Below are positions 26,503 through 40,438 of a DNA stretch of 64,000 bases, piece by piece. The notes under the pieces are model-generated. The model was not told the DNA's origin. It saw only the letters and a program-made list of their open reading frames with translations, and searched no databases. The translations under genes were made by a program, and so were the position numbers. Every line of letters starts with the position of its first letter. Position 1 is the stretch's first letter. The DNA lies in assembly GCA_030390025.1 (NCBI GenBank), contig CM059431.1:104224001-104288000 (forward strand), read 5' to 3'. The stretch is from Squalus acanthias (Eukaryota).

Positions 26503-26712
26503 ATAAGAAAGAAAGGCTTGCATTTCTATAGCAGCTTTCACGACCACAGGACATCCCAAAGTGCTTTACAGCCACTAAAGCACTTTTGAAGTGTGGGCAC
26601 TGTTGTAATTTTGGAAACGAGGCAGACAACTTGCGCACAGCAAGCTCCCACAAACAGCAAAGTGATAATGACCAGATAATCTGTTTTTAGTGATGTTGGT
26701 TTGGGGATAAAT
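26503..26712 (-). mobile_element. Deu-domain SINE, 3' part
   Basis: Matches the other SINE copies. Confidence 0.78.
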
Positions 26713-27360
26713 ACCTCTGAACATCACCACTATGCTTGTTTAGTGCTAACAGGATTATTGGCATCTGTTTGTCGTGAGTCAGAGATCGATGGTGTGTCGG
26801 ACGCGGTCTTGATACTTTAGTTCTGTTTTCTTTTTAATATTGTAAATAGTTCAACATTAAACATTTAAATAATACAGTAAACAGATCTTTTAGTCGAATG
26901 CTGCATCACAATGGAAAATTAATTAGCCTGTCACTGCATGCCTGATGTGTTTGTGTTAGCAGACAGAAAAATTTACCTACTCTATGAACTAGAGTACTGG
27001 TTTAGTTAATTACTTGGTCAACGTGGTTACTGTGCAGGGATAGAGGGAGGGAATGTCTGAAAGACAATGCAGAATGTCGGTCAGAGCGGAGGACATTATG
27101 GTATGGCAATCACTATTCTTACAAGATTAAAGACATGGCAGTGTTGACTGTTGCTTCCTTACATTTACTTTGCCTTAGATCAGCACCTGTACACATTATA
27201 TTGGATATTTAGAAAGCTCTGTTTAACTAACACTCCCCTTCTTGGGAAATCAGCTAAAATGCGGTTGGGACGTATTGGCACATGTGTCACACTTTGTGTC
27301 ACATGCATCATTTAAAAGGGTGCATCATAGCATGTGATTGACCATTTTCTAGGCCAGTGC

Positions 27361-27685
27361 CATAGAATTACATAGAATGTACAGCACAGAAACAGGCCAT
27401 TTGGCTCAACAGGTCCATGCCAGTGCTTATGCTCCATGCAAGCCTCCTCCCACCCTACTTCATCTAACCATATCAGCATATCCTTCTATTCCTTTCTCTC
27501 TCATGTGTTTATCTAACTTTCCCTTGAATGCATCTATGCCACTCACCTCAACCACTCCCTGTGGTGGCGAGTTCCACATTCTAGCCACTCTCTGGGTAAA
27601 GAAGTTTTTCCTGAATTTCCTATTAGATTTATTAGTGACTTATATATATATATATATAGCCCCTAATTTTGGTCTTCCACACAAG
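27361..27685 (-). mobile_element. CR1 3' end fragment
   Basis: Reverse strand encodes NFFTQRVARMWNS followed by the CR1 3' UTR. Confidence 0.8.
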
Positions 27686-27688
27686 TGG

Positions 27689-28085
27689 ACTCCAGGGACT
27701 TGAGCACATAATCCAGGCTGACACTTCAGGTCATTACTGAGGGAGTGCCGCATTGCCGGAGGAGCCGTCTTTCAGATGAGACATTAAAGCGAGGCTCCGT
27801 CCGGCCTCTCAGGCGGATGTAAAAGATCCCACGATACTATTGGGAAGAAGAGCAGGGGAGTTCTCCCCGGTGTCCTGGGAAACATTTATCCCTCAACCAA
27901 CATCTAAAAAAACGGATTATCTGGTCAATATCTCATTGCTGATTGTGAGAGCTTGCTGTGCGCAAACTGGCTGCTATGTTTCCTACATTACAACAGTGAC
28001 TACACTTCAAAATTACTTCATTGGCCGTAAAGTGCTTTTGGATGTCCTGAGATCATGGAAGTTGCTATCCAAATGCAAATATTTC
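27689..28085 (+). mobile_element. Deu-domain SINE followed by a (CCTT/CCCTT)n microsatellite
   Basis: SINE body match; simple repeat at 28084-28153. Confidence 0.8.
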
Positions 28086-30471
28086 CTTCCTTCCTTCCTT
28101 CCTTCCTTCCCTTCCCTTCCCTTCCCTTCCCTTCCCTGCCCTGCCCTGCCCTTCCGGAAAGCATCTGGCTTCAGTTGCACATAATTGCATGGGTATGATA
28201 CATAATTAACCATTTGGAGAGCAGCGTGGGTGGGATAATGGACTGCAGCTTACTATGACACCATGCTTTGGGCACTATAAAATATTGGACTATTACATAA
28301 TTAATATTTGTTGTTGGATGCAGTAATCTACATAAGAAATGCTTTTGGAATGAATTTCAATTCAATCAGTTTTGAAAATAGTTTCCTGAGTATGAAATGT
28401 GGCCCTTTCTTGCCTGCGACACCCCTACTCCCTATAAATAGCTTTTGAATCATTGAGTAAAGTGACCTCGGATAATAAGCAGTTTATTTGTGAAGTGTAT
28501 TTGCTTCAGCCTCAAGCTGTTATTGTTCGCTCTGATTCAGATGTATTATCTTGGTATTCATTTTCACTTCAAGGACGCTGTACGCAGTGTCAATGGGACA
28601 CAATTCTCCATTGTTGTGAATGATAATTGGCATCATTATTCTTTTGCTATGTTTGAGAAATCGAACGCTAATGGATGACTTGGACTGCTATTTGCTATCC
28701 GATTGCAGTCGCTACATTCCTACATTCTGACAGGAATACGTGTTGTGTCAGTGCAGTCACATGAAGATTTGTATCCAGCTGTTCATCATTAACGGGCACG
28801 CTCCAAAAGCTAGGTGCATGCAGATGTGCAGAGTTCCGAAGGTTGTGTTGCCTGCCCGGTGCCAGGGCTAAAGACATCTCCTCACAGCTGGAGAAGAACT
28901 TGGAGTGGGAGGGGGTGGATCCAGTTGTCATGGTCCACGTAGGAACCAATGATATAGGTAGAACTAGGAATGAATTTCTGCTGAGGGAGTTTGAGGAGCT
29001 ACGACCTGAGTCACACGCAAATTGGCATAGGGACAAAACAGATTAGAGGTTTAAATGCGTGGCTCAAAGAGTGGTGTGAGAGGAAGGGGTTTCAGTTCAT
29101 GGGGCACTGGCACCAGTACTAGGGAAAGAGGGAACTGTTATATTGGGACGGGCTCCACTTAAACCAGGCTGGGACCAGTGTGATGGTGAACCGAATAACT
29201 AGGGCAGTAGACAGGGCTTTAAACTAATGAAGGCGGGGTGGGAGGATTCAGGAAAGAGTAAATTTAAAAGCAGTGAGAGAAATGTCAAGGCTCTAGAGCA
29301 GAATAGAGTTTTGGGTAAAAATAAGCAGAGTGGGTCAGGAAGGGACAGAGAGAGTAACAAAGATAAGGCATCAGTGACTAAGGTGACATCAGGGAAAAAT
29401 AGAAATAAGTCAAATCTAAAGGCATTATATCTCAGTGCGCGAAACATTTGCAACAAAATAGATGAATTAATAGCGCAGATAGAAATTAATAGGTTTGATC
29501 TAATAGCCATTACGGAGACGTGGTTGCAATGTGGCCAAGGTTGGGAACTAAATATTCCAGGATACTTAACCTTTAGAAGAGATAGGCAAAATGGAAAAGG
29601 AGGAGGGGTAGCCCTGATAATAAAGGATGGGATAAAGACAGTAGAGAGAAAGGATCTTAGCTCCGAAAATCAAGTAGTAGAATCAGTTTGGGTGGAGCTA
29701 AGAAACAGCAAAGGGCAGAAAACATTGGTGGGAGTTGTTTATAGGCCCCCAAACAATAGCTGTAATGTAGGGCGCAGTATAAATCAGGAAATTAGAGGCG
29801 CATGTAACAAGGGGGACTTTAATCTACATATAGACTGGACAAACCAAATTTGCAGTAATAGTGTGGAGGACGAATTCATGGAATGTATACAAGATAGTTT
29901 TCTAGATCAGTATGTTGAGGAACCAACTAGGGAACAGGCTATTTTAGAGCTAGTATTATGCAATGAGAAAGGGTTAATTAATAATCTTGTAGTAAAGGGA
30001 CCTTTAGGGAAGAGTGACCATAATATGATATTAAATCCGAAACTAGGATCTTAAATCTAAACCAAGCAAACTATGTAGGTATGAGGGGCGAGTTGGCTAT
30101 GGTAGATTGAGAAACTACATTAAAAGGTATGACAGTAGACAAGCAATGGCTAGCATTTAAAGAATCAATACATAATTTACAACAAATGTCCATTCCTTTA
30201 AGGCACAAAAACCCCACAGGAAAATTGGTTCAACCATGGCTAACAAGAAAAGTTAAAGATAGTATTAGATCAAAGGAAGAGGCTTGTAATGATGCCAAAA
30301 AGAGTAGTAAGCCTGAGGATTGGGAGGATTTTATAATTCAGCAAAGAAGGACCAAGAAATTGTTAAAGGAAGGGAAAATAGAATATGAGAGGAAACTAGC
30401 AAGAGACATAAAATCAGACTGTAAAACCTTCATTTCATGCCTATGTTCTTCCAGATTGACAACTGCTTAAA

Positions 30472-32416
30472 GTGTGTGCTACTGCTAAAATATCAAGCTC
30501 AAGGGCTAAGGCCTCACCACGTTTTGATGATGACTTCCTCCATGCTCTGGTGGAGGGAGCCAGAGTTCAAAAGGAGGTGCTGTTTCCTTCCTCTGGGAGG
30601 AAAACATCTCCCCAGCAAACCAAAGCTGTGTGGCTGCAATTGGCTCAGGAGGTCAGCTCCAGATCAATGTGCAGCAGAACCTGGCTGCAGGGCCGAAAGA
30701 GGTTCAATGACCTTGTCCGCACAGGAAAAGTGAGTAGACCATCACCTTTACCCTCATTCTGCTGCCCATCTCCTCTCAGCACCAGCACTCTGCATTGCCA
30801 ACCTACTCCTACACATCCCACTTTATCCTTACATCCCTTGCACCCTTAAGCATCCCTCTCTCTCTATGTACACAATCAATTCACTATTCAACTATGCTGT
30901 CCTCACACTCCCTATCACTGTTATGCAATGACAACAACTAACAACACACAGGGAGGGCCCTTGGTCTTGGGACCTCACTCCATCTTTGCCTCCTTCTAAG
31001 CATCTATGCTATGGATTCTCTACACTCACTCCATCATGATCTCATGATCACTGAAACTCCACTTGTGTCCCTCATTGCAGGAAAAGAGAGCCCACAATAA
31101 GAGGGAAAGGGTGAAGACAGGAGGAGGGCCACCCTCAATAGCACATCTCACCAGTGCCGAGGAGGCGGACCTAGAGATCGTTGGAGCTGAGGAGGATCTG
31201 GAAGTGGGGGACGGACAGACGGGTGCATCAGAGCAAGCTGGTGACAGAATAGTTTAGTATCCCTCTCATTGAAATTGCATGAGTGACTGATATGGCTTCT
31301 GATGCTCATACAGATTGACTTATGACCATCTGCACATGTTCATGTGCATGCTACGTTAATATCACATGTCTAACTCATGCCTTTACTCCCCCACAGGACC
31401 ATCGACAGCCCCCCTCCCCACTGTCCAGGAGGAAGAGCCTAAGCTGGAAGACTCCTCAGAGGAAGCTGCAACCTCTGAGGGCGCAGCGTCAGCAGAATTA
31501 AGCGCACCCAGCACCAGCGCAGACACTCACACCTCGGTGGGACCTTTGGGAGATAGATTAGTGTTGTCACCTGGTGTATCACAGCTCACAAGTGAGCATC
31601 AGCAGATGGTGGAGACAGGGTCAGCAGTGGAGAGTCCTCATCGGAGGGCGCAGGACTCTTGCAGCTCTGCTCAGCTGCATGTCGACCCTGTGCCTCCGGG
31701 TCCAACCAGAAAGAGAGCTCCAGGAACAGGTGCAGGAGTCTCTGGCAGGTTTTGTCTCCAGGGTTACTGCGAGTGTGGAGAGGATGGAGGAGTCCAACTC
31801 TAACATGAGCAGTGTCTTTGTGGAGGCATTGGCGCATGAACGCACCACCACGGAAAGGATGGCAACCTCCGTGGAAAGGATGGCTACCTCCGTGGAAATA
31901 AATGCTACCTCCATGGTAAGGATGGCTACCTCTCTGGAAACGATGGCTATGGTGGAGGTGAGGGTGGCTACGGCCATGGAGGAAATAAGTCAACAGAGTC
32001 TAGAAAACATGGTGAATGTTCAGAATAGACTGACATCTCTGGAGGAGCGATGGGCAGCTATTGAGCAGAGAAACGAGAGCTTCATGGAAGTCCTATTGAG
32101 TAGGACTGCCAGTGCAGATATGGGTCCTCATGGCCCCCCTGATGTGCAGCAAGGTGCTGTCAAGCCGCTTGCTAGCACTGAAGTGGGGCTGACCCATGAG
32201 AGGGATGTTGGTGGCAGGCAACAAGGAAGTGGGGGCTCCTCTCCAAGCGCTCACACTCCCATGCCACTGAGTAGCCCTTGGTCAGAGCCACACCAGAGTC
32301 CACACCCAACTGAGATGGGCGTCTCAGCCCCTGAACAGACGCAGGAGGAGCAGACTGTTGCCAAGCCCTCAGAGACTCGCAAACCCAGAGGATGCCCACC
32401 AAAGGTGTCGAAGTAG
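30472..32416 (+). pseudogene. Harbinger Myb/SANT-like DNA-binding protein (3 exons: about 30472-30729, 31081-31240, 31397-32416; frameshift in exon 3)
   Basis: PRFDD..L.ALVE..W..LAQEV....RTW.Q.RKRFNDL trihelix motif; GT-AG introns keep the frame into EKRAHNKRERVKTGGG. Confidence 0.85.
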
Positions 32417-32780
32417 GAGCAGCATGAAAGTGAGCAAGGTGCCTCCACATCTACTGAAGCCACAGGGGAAGCACCATGTAGGAGCATGCGTAAGAGGAAG
32501 ATAAAGCACAATTAGTCACAAGGGTAGTCACTTGGGTGTTATGTTCTGTTGTATTTATTTTTTGTCATAGCCATCCTTTTGTGCATTGAATAAACAGAAG
32601 TGATGGCATACAGTTGAAGTTCTGGCCTATGTGATCTGGGAAATGGAACTTGCACATTGAGGGCTCAGGGCGACTTACATTTGTAATGATGGTGGTGAGA
32701 TTGATAGGAACCCATAGGTTCTTGTCCATTGTCTATGGTCTGATAAGAAGGTGCCAGCCGCATATGTTTGATTCGTCTAC

Positions 32781-34014
32781 CTAAGCGAATCTGGCAAAGA
32801 TTAGTGCAGCCCTTGCATCCCGGGCAGCAATGTGCTTGCGTGCTGCTGCAGCTGGCTCACCCGCCTCCGCAAGGTCTTCCTCATCCTCCTCCTCCTCCTC
32901 CTCCTCCCCCTCATCTGAGGAGGCTATGCGCTGAGCCATTTGTTTCTCAGGCAGCTGCAAGCCATGATGCTGTGCGATGTTGTGCAGTGCACAGCAGATC
33001 ATGACGATTCTGGAGACCCTGGCTGCTGAGTACTGTAGGGCTCCACCTGATCTGTCAAGACATCTGAATTGCATCTTCAGCAAGCCGATGGTTTGCTCGA
33101 TGATGCATCTGGTCAAAATGTGGCTGCCATTGTAGCGCTCCTCAGCTTCGTTCGATGGCCTCCTCAACGGCATCATCAGCCATGTCTTCAGGGGATAGCC
33201 CTTGTCTCCAAGTAGCCACCCAGAAAGTTGGTTTGGCGGATTGAACAGCGGAGGCACACTAGACTGTCGAAGGATGAACGAGTCATGGCAACTGCCAGGG
33301 TACTTCGCGCAAACATGCAAAATGTCCTTCCTGTGGTTACACACCAGCTGCATGTTGAGGGAGTGGAAGCCCTTGCGGTTGACTAAAAGCTGGGTTATGA
33401 TGGGGTGCCCTAAGGGCCACATGTGTGCAGTCTACGACGCCCTGCACCTTTGGCAAGCCTGCCATATTTGCAAAGCCAACCGCATGCGCAGTTATACTTG
33501 CTTGATCCATCGAGAAGTGTATGTAATTGTGCGCCTTGGCAAAGAGGGCATCGGTAACCTGCACGATGCAAGTGTGTGCGGCCGACTGGGAGATGCCGCT
33601 GATGTCTGCTGATGACCCCTGGAAGGACCGTGAAGCAAATAAATTGAGTGCGGTGGTGACTTTGACAGCCACTGGTAAGGGATGTCCACCCGCTCCTCTG
33701 GGCTCCAGGTGTTGGTGCAGCATTGCGCAGATGTCACCCACTACCTCTCGCGAAATTCTCAGCCTCCTTTGGCACTGCTGCTCAGTCATGTTGATGAAGG
33801 TCATCCTCGGCCTGTAAACCCTGTGTTGGGGCTATCTTCTGCGGCGACGTGCTTCCCTGCGCTGATGCCCTCTGCCCTGTGCAGCTTCAGGTGGGTGAGC
33901 AGCAGGTTGGCGCTCCTATTGTTGCTGCTGCTGTTGTTCCTGGTTCTGCTGCTGCCGCGGCTACTCTTCCTCCGAATCTGAGGACCAGGATGAAAGGAAA
34001 TAAATGGTTCCCAT
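32781..34014 (-). pseudogene. Harbinger (HARBI1-like) DDE transposase, frameshifted
   Basis: [61 protein letters not shown] and CCALHN motifs across two frames; early stop near the 5' end. Confidence 0.92.
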
Positions 34015-36239
34015 GCTGCTGGTAGATATGTCAGTTGAGGAAACGCTCAGTCAGTGTGGGGAGAGGGTTTTCCCAGGAGGTCACAGTGGAGATGGATCTC
34101 AGCTTCACCACTTCCAAAATCAGTAGACCTGCAAAAAGTTCTCCAAGACCTGAGAAAACAAAGTTCTGCCACCTGCAACTGATCCTTGTTGAAAGCTCCG
34201 TTTTTATGCTGGAGCTGCAGCTGTCAGGAAGGCAGCCACTTGTGAACCCGCCACAATTAGCTGGCGTGGTTTGGGAACGACGTGGAACACGCTGAAAATG
34301 TGGTAAAATTTAAAAGGCCAGGCAAAATAGGATTACACAGGCCGTTAACTGCCTTAAGGGCCTATCCCGCCGCTTGGTGGCGGGACCGACCGGGAGTCTG
34401 CGAGTCCGCCTTTGGAAAAGTTGGACGGAGGCGGGTTGACGGCGGGATCGGAACCCGCCGGCATTTTTTTCAAACTTACCGCCTGACCCGCCTCCAACCC
34501 CGCCCCCTGAGCGCCGGCAAAATCTAGCCCTTTGTGTTTGTCTTCACGGAAGAAGACGCATAAAACTTCCCTAAAATAGTGGAGAACATAGGGTCTAGCG
34601 AGAATGAGGAATGAAAGAAATTGGTATTAGTATAAAAATAGTACTGGAGAAATTAATGCGACTGAAAGCCAATAAATTCCCTCAACCTGATGGCCTACAT
34701 CCTAGGGTTTTGAAAGAGGTGGCTATAGAAATAGTGGATGCAATGGTTGTCATTTTCCAAAATTCCATAGATTCTAGAACGGTTCCTGTGGATTGGAAGG
34801 TAGCAAATGTAACCCCACTATTTAAGACAGGCAGGAGAGAGAAAATGGGGAACTACAGACCAGTTAGCCTGACATCAGTAGCAGGGGAAATGCTAGAATC
34901 TATTATTAAGGACTTAGAAAATAATAATAGGATTGGGCAGAGACAACACGGATTTATGAAAGGGAAATCGTGTTTGACAAATCTGTTAGAGTTTTTTGAG
35001 GTTGTAACCAGCAGAATAGATAAGGGGGAACCAGTGGATGTGGTGTATTTGGATTTTCAGAAGGCATTCGATAAGGTGCCACACAAGAGGTTATTAAACA
35101 AAATTAGGGCTCATGGGATTGGAGGTAATATACTAGCATGGATTGAGGATTGGTAACGGACAGAAAACAGAGAGTAGGAATAAACGGGTCATTTTCGGGT
35201 TGGTAGGCTGTAACTAGTGGGGTACCGCAAGGATCAGTGCTTGGACCTCCGCTATTCACAATCTATATCAATGATTTGGATGAGGAGACCAAATGATATA
35301 TATCCAAGTTTGCTGATGATACAAAGCTGGGTGGGAATGTAAGTTGTGAGGAGGATGCAAAGAGACTTCAAGGGGATATAGACAAGCTAAATGAGTGGGC
35401 AAGAACATGGCAAATGGAATATAATGTGGAGAAATGTGAAGTTATCCACTTTGGTAGGAAAAGTAGAAAAGCAGAGTATGTTTTAAATGGTGAGAGATTG
35501 GGAAATGTTGGTGTTCAGAGGGACTTGGGTGTCCTTGTACACGAATCACTGAAAGTTAACATGCAGGTACAGCACGCAATTAGGAAAGCAAATGGTATGT
35601 TGGCCTTTATTACATGTGGATTTGAGTATAAGAGTAAAGATGTCTTACTGCAATTATATAGGGCCCAGGTGAGACCACACCCGGAGTATTGTGTATAGTT
35701 TTGGTCTCCTTACCTAAGGAAGGATATACTTGCCATGGAGGGAGTGCAACGAAGGTTCACCAGACTGGTTCCTAGGATGGGGGGATTGTCCTATGAGGAG
35801 AGATTGAGTAGACTAGGCCTATATTCTCTAGAGTTTAGAAGAATGAGAGATGATCTCTTTGAAACATACAACATTCTTTCAGGGCTTGACAGGGTAGATG
35901 TAGGGAGGATGTTTCCCCTGGCTGGGGAGTCTAGAATCAGGGGTCACAGTCTCAAAATAAGGGGTCGGCCATTTAGGACTGAGATGAGGAGAAATGTCTT
36001 CACTCAGAGGGTGGTGAATCTTTGGAATTCTCTACCCCAGAGGGCTGTGGAGGCTCGGTCGTTGAGTATATTCAAGACAGAGATCGATAGATTTTTGGAT
36101 ATTAAAGGAATCGATAGATATGAGGATAGTGCAAGAAAGTGGAGATGAGGTAGAACATCAGCCATGATCTTATTGAATGGCGGAGCAGACGCGAAGGGCC
36201 AAATGGCTGACTCCTGCTCCTATTCATTATGTTCTTATA

Positions 36240-36525
36240 TTTTTTTTTTCGTTTTTATGGGATGTGGGCGTCGCTGGCAAGGCCAGCATTTATTGCCCAT
36301 CCCTAATTGCCCTTGAGAAGGTGGTGGTGAGCCGCCTTCTTGAACCGCTGCAGTCCGTGTGGTGAAGGTGCTCCCACAGTGCTGTTAGGGAGGGAGTTCC
36401 AGGATTTTGACCCAGCGACGATGAAGGATCGGCGATATACTTCTAAGTCAGGATGGTGTGTGACTTGGAGGGGAACTTGGAGGTGGTGGTGTTCCCATGC
36501 GCCTGCTGCCCTTGTCCTTCTAGGT
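36240..36525 (-). mobile_element. CR1/L2-supergroup LINE 3' end
   Basis: Near-identical to 14826-15108. Confidence 0.8.
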
Positions 36526-37569
36526 GTTATGTTCTTAGTTGCAGAGAAACACTGAAACTCTTTTTTTGTACTTTCTTGTTAGAAATTACATTTTGTCATT
36601 CGTGACATGTAATGAAGACAAATAACCAAAGTGAAAATAATGCTTTTGCATAAATTAGTTAAGGGGAGGTTATTAGTCTTGTCCCCTTAGACTCGGCATT
36701 ATATTTATTCAGATCTACAGCTGCAATTGCAATTGCAGACGTGTAATTTTGTTTGTCTTTTCAACAGGAACAATAAAATAATATTAATTGCTGAGAATTG
36801 TTCTAAGCTCTCTGACCAAAAAAAAAATCAAATGAGCTAATTGGGTCTCTTGGTGATGATTGAATATGCTGAATAGTTGAGAAAGATTCCTTATTAATCA
36901 TTGACGCTTGGCCACCTTTGGTTTGTTTGATTTCTGGAATACACCATGTGGCTTTTTTAATTATCGTAGCAACTGCATTGTGTCTAATTCCTCTACAGTC
37001 CTAATTAGGGATGAATGCAAACGTTATAGGAAACTGAGCAGTGCAGTGCATGGTATAACGTTCATTTTCTCTGGGGATTTTATCTGCCTTATTTAACAGT
37101 GTTGATCCTTTCTTCATTCAGGACACAGCATGCATAGAGATATGATACTGACGGTTGATATTGTTCTTCCTTATCAGTGCGAATGTAGCAGAACAAGTTC
37201 TCATCTTTAGTTTTCTGGGAAACAAATATATACTTTTCATATTCTGGTGACAGAATAATTTTTTAACAGGTTCTGTATTTTATTGCGGCTAACATGATAT
37301 GTTGGTATACTCAGTGGCTTCTGTCCTCTCCAGTGTGATCTGTTTGTTGTCTCGTCAGCCATCTTTTAGGAGAGAAGATACAAAAAAGATACCCTATATA
37401 TTATTTATTGGACATGTATTGGGTTTTAAAAGTACTTTATCACATCTCGTACACTACTGCTTGAACTATCTGCAACTCTTACTATTTCCAGACAACTCCC
37501 GTTGAGCTAGCCGACTGACAAATTATTCACAGACTTGTTCCTTTCGTTCCTTATCTATCTTCCGGTGTG

Positions 37570-38182
37570 CCAGCCGTGGCTGAGTGGGTAGCACCCTCAC
37601 CTCTGAGCCATGAAAGTTGTGGGTTCACGGTCCCACTCCATGAGACTTGAGCACAATAAATCTAGACTGACACACTGGTGAAGTACTGAGGGAGTGCTGC
37701 ACTGTTGGAGGGGCTGTCTTCCGGATGAGACGTTAAACTGAGGCCCCGTCTGCTTTGACTTGCATTTCTATAGCGCCTTTCACGACCACCAGACATCTCT
37801 AAGCGCTTTACAGCCAATGAAATAATTTTTGAACTGTAGTCACTGTTGTAATGTAGGAAACACAGCAGCCAATTTGCGCACAGCAAGCTCCCACAAACAG
37901 CAATGTGATAATGACCGGATAATCTGTTGTTTTAGTGATGTTGATTAAGGGATAAATATTGGCCCCAGGACACCGGGGAGAACTCCCCTGCTCTTCTTTG
38001 AAATAGTGCCCTGGGATCTTTTACATCCATCTGCGAGAGCAGACGGGGCCTCGGTTTAACGTCTCAACCGAAAGACGGCACCTCCGACACTGCAGCACTC
38101 CCTCAGTACTGCACTGAAGTGTCAGCCTAGATTTCTGTGCTCAAGTCTCTGGAGTGGGACTTGGACCCACAACCTTCTGACT
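37570..38182. mobile_element. Two Deu-domain SINEs in opposite orientation (5' half on +, near-full copy on -)
   Basis: Plus-strand copy at about 37570-37752, minus-strand copy at about 37757-38182. Confidence 0.78.
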
Positions 38183-38464
38183 ATATTTCCTAATGATCCT
38201 TGCTCCTCACTGGTTTTGTGTGATGGAGGTCTCTAATGTAAACAGTAGCCACAGAAGGAGGCCAGTGATACTGGCCTCAGGTATTCCACCCTTTGCTGTC
38301 TCACAATTAAACACACTTGACTTTCGCTGAGGTGGACGAACTGCTCCTGTTCTCAGGCGGACCATTAGATGGAGAAGCATATCAAAGTAAAGTAGTTAAC
38401 TTCCGAAGGGGTAAAACTGATATCTTCTGACTTGTACTGCTCAATCAATGTCTTTTTGTAGTCG

Positions 38465-38704
38465 AAAATGAGAAGTCGCACAACACCAGGTTATAGTCCA
38501 ACAAATTTATTTAAAATTACAAGCTTTCGGAGCTGTCGCCCCTTCCTCAGGTAGAGTTACAAATGTAGTAACTCTACTCGAGGAAGGGGCGACAGCTCCG
38601 AAAGCTTGTAATTTTAAATAAATCTGTTGGACTATAACCTGGTGTTGTGCGACTTCTCATTTTTGTCCACCCCAGTCCAACGCCGGCATCTCCGCATCAT
38701 GCCA
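38465..38704. mobile_element. Palindromic Penelope-like pseudo-LTR insertion
   Basis: Inverted arms of about 95 bp plus a tail; 12-bp TSD TTTTTGTAGTCG at 38453-38464 and 38705-38716. Confidence 0.85.
38518..38553 (-). ncRNA. Minimal type I hammerhead ribozyme motif
   Basis: TAC CTGAGGA A GGGGC gaca GCTCC GAAA GC T T GTA. Confidence 0.65.
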
Positions 38705-39593
38705 TTTTTGTAGTCGGTGGAGGAGTAGTTCATATACAAGGAGAAACTGGATAAGTGCACGAGGGGGAAATGAATAGAAGGATGTGTTGACATGGCGCGA
38801 TGAAGTAAATAGAGTGGGAAGAGGCTCATGTGGAGCATAAACACCGAATGGCCTGTTTCTGTGCTGTAAATTCTATACAGTATAGATGCCAATTGCAGTC
38901 TGTATCAAGCCTACCTCTTTGCTAGAAAAAGGATATGTACATACAGGTCCAAAAGACAATTAGAAGTGTTCCTGGAGAGAGAAGGAATTAAGATAGATAT
39001 GAGGAGGAAGGTAAGTTAAGTTGATTTATCAAAGAGCGATTGGCCGAATGGACATTTCCTAAATCTTCCTATGGTGTGTGGTGTCAAGCAGATTGCCGGA
39101 GGTAAGAATAAGCATTTTTTTTTATCATTGCAAACAGGCAAATGTTTTAAAAACTATTCTGTCATAACATAATCCACGATGGCAATTAAAACACATTGCA
39201 GAACACGTCGCATCTTTCACTGCACTCTCTGTAACGAGTGGAAATTCTAGCTTCTTATTCACACAATAGTGGTAAAATCTATCCTCAATTAGCAAATTGT
39301 TTTCCAGTCCTTAGAAAGAAAGAAATTAAAGCAGTGTAGAACATCTATGTGGGTTCATTCGGCTTTTGTGGATCTCTGCTTAAACTGCTTAAAATACAAA
39401 ACACTTATCATGAACAATTTCATCACCACATGTATAACAAAATGAAAAGAAATAAATCTGTTTAGTTTATAACATAGTTCTGTGCATTGCATTGATTTTA
39501 ATTTTAGCATTTCATTACCATACTATTTTACTGTTACTACATTGTTTGATGTATAAATACTGCACTGTTTGTGCCCAGATCATAGAATCATAG

Positions 39594-40438
39594 GGGGGGA
39601 ATTTTCCCAGCCCTGGGGAGGCGGGTATGGAGGCGGGACTGCCGGGAAAATGGCAGAAACTGGGAGCGGGTACCGAACCCGCTCCCAACCCACCTCCGTG
39701 CCATCTTCCCGGGAGGCGGGTCCACGAGTCGCGCAGGGACCCGTCTCCTCGTGGCAGGAAGGGGATTACAGCCATTTAACTGCCTGTTAACAGGTAGTTA
39801 ACGGGCAGTTTTGAGGCTTATCCCTATTTTACCCCTGCAAGTGCGGGCTTCCCAACGGCTGCGAACCTCGCCAGGGTCAGCGAGGCGAGCAGTGGGTCTG
39901 CGGGGGTGAGAGGGATCGAAAAGTCCGCTGTGGAGGTGAGTGATGGGTGCAAGTGTGGAGAGGTAAGTATGTGAGGTGAGTGTAAAGTGTTAGAAAAAGT
40001 TTACTTACCTTTGTTTCTTCCTGCAGGCTTCAACCCTTGGGGATCCGGAGGTGCCTCATCTCAACGGCAGTGATGACAGAATGGCTGCTGCATTCTCAGA
40101 TGCAGCAGCCATCTGATTTCTGCTGAGGAGAGAGGTTTGGTGAGTCTTCAGTACAAGGGTTCATCTTAGAACAGAGATTGTCAGTGTTTGACAGCTTCTC
40201 AAAGCTGCCAAATGCTGACAATTCATATGTCAAATTTTTTTGACAGATTAAACATCATAGGCTGATGTCCTCTGTCACTGGCTTTCCCTTAATTGGCCGG
40301 CTAAACCCGCAGGGCGGGCTTAACAAGGTCAATCAATGGAAAATAGCGTGGGTTGGCCGGACGTCGTTGGGGGCGGGACTAAAACCCCAAAACCAGCAGT
40401 CCCGCCCCCAGTGCGCCCCCATTGACAAAATCCAGCCC
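39594..40438. mobile_element. Harbinger-type MITE, family B
   Basis: GGGGGGAATTTT / AAAATCCAGCCC ends; collinear with 10376-11218; inserted in a CR1 tail. Confidence 0.8.

Larger units (their letters stand above)
30440..34530. mobile_element. PIF/Harbinger DNA transposon, decayed, left end deleted
   Basis: Convergent Myb/SANT and DDE transposase genes; right terminus AAAATCTAGCCC resembles the MITE TIRs. Confidence 0.9.
28828..36237 (+). mobile_element. Long decayed CR1 LINE (ORF1 esterase remnant, APE endonuclease, RT), interrupted by a Harbinger
   Basis: CLPGA..VHVGTND (SGNH-type ORF1); ITETWL, VVYRPP, GDFN and SDHN (APE); RT resumes at 34531 with multiple stops. Confidence 0.9.
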
